A stretch of DNA of 64,000 bases from Desulfatiglandales bacterium (GTDB lineage: Bacteria > Desulfobacterota > DSM-4660 > Desulfatiglandales > Desulfatiglandaceae). The notes beneath the pieces were generated by a model, which was not told where the DNA came from, made no database searches, and saw only the letters and a program-made list of their open reading frames with translations. Of this stretch, positions 58,803-64,000 are shown piece by piece. How positions within the stretch are numbered: the first letter of the stretch is position 1; each line of letters begins with the position of its first letter. The stretch spans positions 1-64,000 of the forward strand of contig OY762721.1 of assembly GCA_963666345.1 (NCBI GenBank), read 5' to 3'. The position numbers and the translations under genes were made by a program.

Positions 58803-59092
58803 CAAGGTCAATAAATGTCAATCTTTTGATCTTACAGTTGTTTTGCCTTCTTGTCGGTTTTTCTCCACTCAACCCACTGTTGGGATCATCGCAGGCACCT
58901 CAATTTTAAGACATGAAAATTGTTTCATCAGATTATCATAACAAAATAATCTTTGTAATAATAAGTTTGTACTGATATTAAGGATAATTAATAATAAACA
59001 ATAAGATATAACGCTAATAGATTGAGCTAATATAGTATATTGTGTTATATTTGTAATTATTTACAATATTAGATAGAATCGGAGCTGAAAGG

Positions 59093-61567
59093 ATGGAAGC
59101 CGAAAGTAAGAAATATATACTCACAGAACTAATTGACATGGAAAAAAGCCAGCGGCTGCTTGATAACTTCTGTGGTGCGGTAGAAATCGCGGGAGCGATT
59201 ATCGATCTGGAAGGTGAAATTCTTTTAGAGTCCGTGGAGGGAAGAATCTGCAAGGATTTTCATCGAGTGCATCCGGTTACTTGTGAAAAATGTACCAAGA
59301 TTGGTAATCGAATTACCAACGAGTTGATTGAAGGAAAAAGGCTTTCAATATATTGTTGCCCAAACGGTTTGAACGATGCCTTCTCACCCATAATCATCGA
59401 GGGTCAACATATCGCCTATGCCTTTTTAGGGCAGTTTCTGATGGCACCGCCAGACGTCGGTTTTTTTAGATTGCAGGCGGCAAAATACGGTTTCAATGAG
59501 AAGGCCTATCTTGAGGCACTAAATGAAGTGCCTGTAATCAAGGAAAAAAAGCTTTCATCCATATTGGGTTCTATTACTATCTGTGCCGAATTTCTGGCCT
59601 CTCTGGGACTTTCAGGGCTTAGGCATCTGGAGGCCGAACGGGCACTTCGTTCCAGCCAGAGGCGTTTCAAGGAAACGATTGAACTCCTTCCGACGATCGT
59701 CTGCGAGTATGACAAAAAGGGTATGTTCACATATCTCAATATGCATGGACTTGATGCATTAGGGTTTTCCTCCGCTGACCTGAAAAAGGGATTATATGTG
59801 AAACAGTTGTTTCCGGACCCGGAAAAAGAGAAGTTCAACAAACGCCTTTTGTCCCTGTTAAAAGGAGCGAAGCAGGAACCGATAGAATATAGGCTCAAAA
59901 AAAAGGACGGATCGATTCTTGAGGTTATAATTACTTCCGCCCCTGTCTACGAAAAAGACAGGATAGTCGGGGGCAGGTCCTGTATTACAGAAATTACCGA
60001 GTTCAATCGCACCCAGGAGGCCTTGAGAGAAAGTGAAAAGCGGTATAAGGAGTTGAGTGATTTCTTGCCTCAGGTCGTATTTGAGACAGATAGGGAAGGT
60101 TGTCTTACCTTCGCCAATCTTAATGCGTTTAAGGCATTCGGTTACACCGAAAGCGATTTCAAGAAACGGCTTTATGTGCTTGAAATGCTTGTCCCGGAAG
60201 ACAGGGAAAGGGCCGGTAGCAATATTGAAAAGATTCTGTCCGGCAAAAATATGGGAGGCATTGAGTACACCGCACAGAGAAAGGATGGAAGCAGATTTCC
60301 GGTTTTGATACATTCAAACTGCATTATGCGGAAGGAAATGCCCGCAGGTTTGAGAGGTATAATAATCGATCTTTCAGAAAGCAAGCTGGCTGAAAAGGAA
60401 AGGTTGAAGCTTGAGGCCCGGCTTCAGAGGGCCGAAAAAATGGAGGCCATAGGAACCCTTGCAGGGGGTGTGGCTCATGATCTCAATAACGTCCTGTCCG
60501 GTATTGTAAGCTATCCGGATCTTTTGTTGATGCAGCTGCCTGAGAAAAGCCCGTTAAGAAATCCTCTGATGACAATTAAAGGGGCGGGGGAAAAGGCTGC
60601 CGATATAGTTCAAGATTTATTGACCCTGGCAAGAAGGGGCATTACCTATAGCGAAGCGGTCGATTTGAACGAAATAGTGTTGAATTATATGAAAAGTTTT
60701 GAGTATGACAGGCTGCTTTCGTACCATCCTGATGTCGAAGTAAAGGTAGATCTATGTGCTGATCTGCTGTATTTTCTGGGCTCAACCGTGCATCTTTCAA
60801 AGACGGTTATGAACCTCGTGGCAAATGCGGCAGAGGCCATGCCTGACGGTGGAATGATTTTTATCTCAACTGAAAACCGATACATTGAACGGCCGATCGC
60901 CGGTTTTGATGAACCCAAGCAGGGTGACTATGTCGTACTTAATGTCTCAGATACAGGGATAGGCATATCACGAGATGATATGAAAAGAATATTCGAACCC
61001 TTTTTTTCAAAAAAGAAAATGGGTAGAAGCGGAACCGGACTCGGCATGTCGGTAGTGTGGGGGACGGTAAAAGACCATAACGGGTACATCGATCTTCAAA
61101 GCGTTGAGGAAAAAGGTTCCACTTTCATCCTCTATTTTCCCGTAACGAGAAAGGGGCTGGAAAAAAATCGTTCCGAGTTTTCAATTGAAAAAGTTTCCGG
61201 CAACATGGAGACCATTTTAGTCGTAGATGACGTGCAAGAGCAAAGAGAGGTAGCTTTTAATATCCTGTCAAGCTTGGGATATTCAGTTTTCACATCATCA
61301 AGCGGGGAGAAAGCCGTTGAATATCTGAAAAGGAGCAGGGTGGATCTTGTGGTCCTGGATATGATTATGGAACCCGGCATGGATGGCCTGGAAACGTACA
61401 GAAAGGTTCTTGAGCTGTATCCGGGTCAGAAGGCTATCATAACGAGTGGCTTTTCAGAAACAGAACGGGTAAAGGAGGCTCAGGAACTTGGAGCAGGAGA
61501 TTATGTGAAAAAGCCATACACCATTGAAAAAATCGGTGCTGCAGTTAATAAGGAATTGAAAAAGTGA
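59093..61567 (+). CDS. Hybrid sensor histidine kinase (PocR-PAS-PAS-HisKA-HATPase-REC)
   Basis: PocR-like C..FHR...C and CPNGL; two PAS domains; AGGVAHDLNN; GTGLGM; receiver LDMIM. Confidence 0.93.
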   Translation: MEAESKKYILTELIDMEKSQRLLDNFCGAVEIAGAIIDLEGEILLESVEGRICKDFHRVHPVTCEKCTKIGNRITNELIEGKRLSIYCCPNGLNDAFSPIIIEGQHIAYAFLGQFLMAPPDVGFFRLQAAKYGFNEKAYLEALNEVPVIKEKKLSSILGSITICAEFLASLGLSGLRHLEAERALRSSQRRFKETIELLPTIVCEYDKKGMFTYLNMHGLDALGFSSADLKKGLYVKQLFPDPEKEKFNKRLLSLLKGAKQEPIEYRLKKKDGSILEVIITSAPVYEKDRIVGGRSCITEITEFNRTQEALRESEKRYKELSDFLPQVVFETDREGCLTFANLNAFKAFGYTESDFKKRLYVLEMLVPEDRERAGSNIEKILSGKNMGGIEYTAQRKDGSRFPVLIHSNCIMRKEMPAGLRGIIIDLSESKLAEKERLKLEARLQRAEKMEAIGTLAGGVAHDLNNVLSGIVSYPDLLLMQLPEKSPLRNPLMTIKGAGEKAADIVQDLLTLARRGITYSEAVDLNEIVLNYMKSFEYDRLLSYHPDVEVKVDLCADLLYFLGSTVHLSKTVMNLVANAAEAMPDGGMIFISTENRYIERPIAGFDEPKQGDYVVLNVSDTGIGISRDDMKRIFEPFFSKKKMGRSGTGLGMSVVWGTVKDHNGYIDLQSVEEKGSTFILYFPVTRKGLEKNRSEFSIEKVSGNMETILVVDDVQEQREVAFNILSSLGYSVFTSSSGEKAVEYLKRSRVDLVVLDMIMEPGMDGLETYRKVLELYPGQKAIITSGFSETERVKEAQELGAGDYVKKPYTIEKIGAAVNKELKK

Positions 61568-61882
61568 GGCACTCGATACCTTTTCCGGCTTGATCCTCCC
61601 TCTTGATATCCAATGTTTTTTGTTTCTGTCTAACAACCTTTGTCTCTGATTGTTCGCAGGTCGGTAGAACTTTTTTTTGATACGGAAAGGCTAAGGCTTT
61701 TACCGAGACCTTCGGGATAAAAATGTTTGTATCTGCTTATCTTCCACCTGACTTAACCGCACGCATTATCAGCGAACTGGGTGATAAAAAGATGCGTGAG
61801 GGCACCTTGGCCCTGTACCCTCTGTAAGATGGTATACACGAATGTTCGGAATATGGGAAACGGGGATGGCTCTCATGGGAAA

Positions 61883-61912
61883 ATACAGGCTATCCCGTGG
61901 GGCAGCCTGTAT
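61883..61912 (-). terminator. Probable terminator downstream of the DsrE-like gene
   Basis: ATACAGGCT/AGCCTGTAT inverted repeat with a short T-run on the minus strand. Confidence 0.45.
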
Positions 61913-61990
61913 ATCCTATTATCCGGGGGAAGAGTATACGGGGAGGTATCCGGCCCGCTGCGCCGGCTTTGTGCGCTGAAACCTGTTAGC

Positions 61991-62341
61991 CTAAAAATTA
62001 AAGACTTTTGAGTCAGCGGCCAGATCTATCAAATTGGGGCCACCGCTGAGTACCATGTTGGAGAAAAATCCTGACTCGTCAACCTGACGATTTTTTGCGC
62101 AGGGGATTCAGACTCCCACGGGGACTTCATTCTCGACAAGATAGGGCAGGTAGTCATTGGGGCAGTCTGCTGTGCCGGTCTTTAGGTCTAAATCCCTTCC
62201 GGAATCCGCCCACATAACCCCGCCGTCAATGAAGAACAGGTTGGTTTTGTGCCCCTTTGTGTGTGCGATCTTTGCGAATTGAAAACATCTTGTAGCAGCC
62301 TCATTGTCATCTTTACTCAAAACAAACAAGAAATTAGCCAT
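61991..62341 (-). CDS. DsrE-family selenoprotein (UxxC), 116 aa with TGA read as Sec
   Basis: DsrE motifs (LFFIDGGV). TGA 62108-62110 is followed in frame by IPCAKNRQVDESGFFSNMVLSGGPNLIDLAADSKVFNF-TAG, completing the fold. AAGGAG RBS. Confidence 0.85.
62064..62095 (-). promoter_or_regulatory. Bacterial SECIS-like hairpin
   Basis: CGUCA-GGU-UGACG begins 18 nt after the UGA, with a G-first loop; a lower AAAAAU/AUUUUU stem can extend it. Confidence 0.65.
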
Positions 62342-62442
62342 TTCCTATCTCCTTCCCTTTGTCTATATTCGTTAGCCTTTCCCAAGGGCTATACCACTAT
62401 TTGCTAGCGACAAATCTCTGTCAACATTTTTTTGCACACACA

Positions 62443-64000
62443 TTAAGGTTTGGTCTTTACCTCGATATTTAATGTCCTTTTGTTATTTTCCTGATTAGTA
62501 TCGGCCTTACATCCTACTTCGGCAGTTATCGTATGTTTGCCGGCTTTGGCAGGTTTCCATCGAACCGATGTTTTCTTTATCTTTTGAGGATACAAGACAA
62601 GCTTTTTATCCTCTGAAAACCCGTCGCTACCCTTTATCAAAAGATGCGCCTCACTTATTTTGAACTCGGATCGGTTATCAATCTCAAACCTGATGGTAAC
62701 GCTTTTCCCTTCAACCGGTTCCTTCGAAAGCGTCATCCCGGACAATATGATATCTGCCTTTTCTTTCTCCTGCGCAGGTGTTTGACCACTTGGCTTTGTA
62801 CTGCTGCCGGGGTTTTCGGTTGAAGTAGCGGGGGAGTTGCTCGATTTTGATATTACCTCTACATCTATAGTCTTTTTGTTGTTTTCCTGATTAGTATCGG
62901 CCTTACATTCAACTACGGCAGTTATCGTATGTTTGCCGGATTTTGCAGGTTTCCATCGAACTGATGTTTTCTTTATCTTCAGAGGATACAAGGTGAGCTT
63001 TTTATCCTCTGAAAGCCCGTCACTTCCCTTTATCAAAAGATGTGCATCACTTATCTTGAACTCGGATCGGTTATCAATCTCAAACCTGATGGTAACGCTT
63101 TTCCCTTCAACCGGTGCCTTCGAAAGCGTCATCCCGGACAATACGATATCTGCCTTTTTGTTCTCCCTGTCAGGTTGTTTTTCAGCAGCGGTTTTCTGCC
63201 TGGTATCTGGTTGAGGGTTTGTCTCTTCTTGCGATGTTGCTGTCTGTTTGCCTGCAGCAACACGGCCGGCAGGGCCAGCCTCTCTTCCTTGAGTTCCTGC
63301 CACAGACTCGAAACGAGTGTCCTGTGCTGTTGATTGAATGACATTCGATGATGCGGACGGGGGAAGGGGGGTGCCGTTTTCATTGATCTTAAAACTGACC
63401 CTTTTCATGTATTCAATATTTTTGGAATCAACGACCTTAAGAATAGCCTGTAATCCGCCCCTGGCCGCCATGACATAGTAATGTGAAACATCTTTGTCAA
63501 CATTTCCGCTGTCAGACAGGGTTTTGCCGTCTCCGAAATCAAAGGTCCATGTTAGTGGATAGGAACCTTTTAGGATTTTTACATGAAAGATCTGATCATT
63601 TCCATATCCGCGAGTGGTATCCCTGCTGAGGGATAATGTGGGCTTTTTCACTTGAACGGTGACATTTTTTGTAATGGGGGTTGAATCGATTTCAATTTTG
63701 TTATCGATCATATATTTGAGAACTGCATTTATAGTATATTCCCCATCATTTTTATAAATGTGTTCTAGTGGGAAAAAGGGCTCTTTTTTTAATGAAACAG
63801 GCAGATCATCGATCTGTTTGTCACCCCAATCTATTTTGTAAACTGGAGATTCTTTGACCGCCTCTCTGTTTAGAATCTCGATTAATCCTTCGTATGTCTC
63901 TCCTGCAAAAATGACCGCAGGGGCCTCTTTCCAACTAATTCTGGGACGTTCAATGGCCAAGACTTTTATATCAATCTTTGATTCGCTAGTGCTTTTTTCA
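62443..64000 (-). CDS. Surface/secreted protein with PKD and tandem CARDB-like Ig domains (5' truncated)
   Basis: Frame is open to the window edge; FDFGDG PKD motif; two ADI.LS...DTNQENN repeats separated by S/T/P/Q linkers. Confidence 0.75.
   Translation of the reverse strand, partial: EKSTSESKIDIKVLAIERPRISWKEAPAVIFAGETYEGLIEILNREAVKESPVYKIDWGDKQIDDLPVSLKKEPFFPLEHIYKNDGEYTINAVLKYMIDNKIEIDSTPITKNVTVQVKKPTLSLSRDTTRGYGNDQIFHVKILKGSYPLTWTFDFGDGKTLSDSGNVDKDVSHYYVMAARGGLQAILKVVDSKNIEYMKRVSFKINENGTPLPPSASSNVIQSTAQDTRFESVAGTQGREAGPAGRVAAGKQTATSQEETNPQPDTRQKTAAEKQPDRENKKADIVLSGMTLSKAPVEGKSVTIRFEIDNRSEFKISDAHLLIKGSDGLSEDKKLTLYPLKIKKTSVRWKPAKSGKHTITAVVECKADTNQENNKKTIDVEVISKSSNSPATSTENPGSSTKPSGQTPAQEKEKADIILSGMTLSKEPVEGKSVTIRFEIDNRSEFKISEAHLLIKGSDGFSEDKKLVLYPQKIKKTSVRWKPAKAGKHTITAEVGCKADTNQENNKRTLNIEVKTKP
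62478..63158. repeat. Intragenic direct repeat, ~285 bp x2, period 396 bp
   Basis: 62478-62762 and 62874-63158 are highly similar at nucleotide level. Confidence 0.9.

Noticed and set aside
61781..62011. 76-aa plus-strand ORF
   Set aside because: Overlaps the read-through 3' end and terminator of the DsrE-like selenoprotein gene; no family features.
1..64000. CRISPR arrays, tRNA/rRNA genes, prophage, intact transposases or defence operons
   Set aside because: None recognised by eye; tRNAscan-SE, Infernal and DefenseFinder would confirm.

Overview
Chromosomal window, probably from an anaerobic Desulfobacterota/Deltaproteobacteria-like bacterium (inferred from gene content only). Both ends cut through genes. 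It contains two class III nucleotide cyclases, thiL, a LolD/LolE/LolA-like export cassette, fabF with an acyl-CoA synthetase, a BKACE/MFS pair, glycerate kinase, a Na+/solute symporter, an Opp/Nik-type ABC importer, a URO-D-family protein, a PocR-PAS hybrid kinase and a PKD/CARDB-like surface protein. The centre is a ~21 kb co-oriented orphan catabolic island (18.8-39.4 kb): 2 GntR regulators, creatininase-like, PrpD-like, GlcD/GlcF-like, 2 CoA transferases, 2 glutaryl-CoA-dehydrogenase-like ACADs, 2 carboxyltransferases, a CoA ligase and a TRAP transporter. I recognised no rRNA, tRNA, CRISPR array or intact transposase. Main observations: (1) a DsrE-family selenoprotein (UxxC plus SECIS-like hairpin) that the ORF track truncates; (2) the orphan island, with altered active-site motifs, a possibly complementary carboxyltransferase pair and a shared 21-bp operator; (3) a terminator-containing leader before an ABC importer whose ATPase has a His-rich insert; (4) a candidate ~230-nt structured sRNA; (5) a catalytically dead thermonuclease homologue interrupted by an in-frame TGA in a CxxU context. 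All product calls come from motif recognition by eye; no database searches were run.
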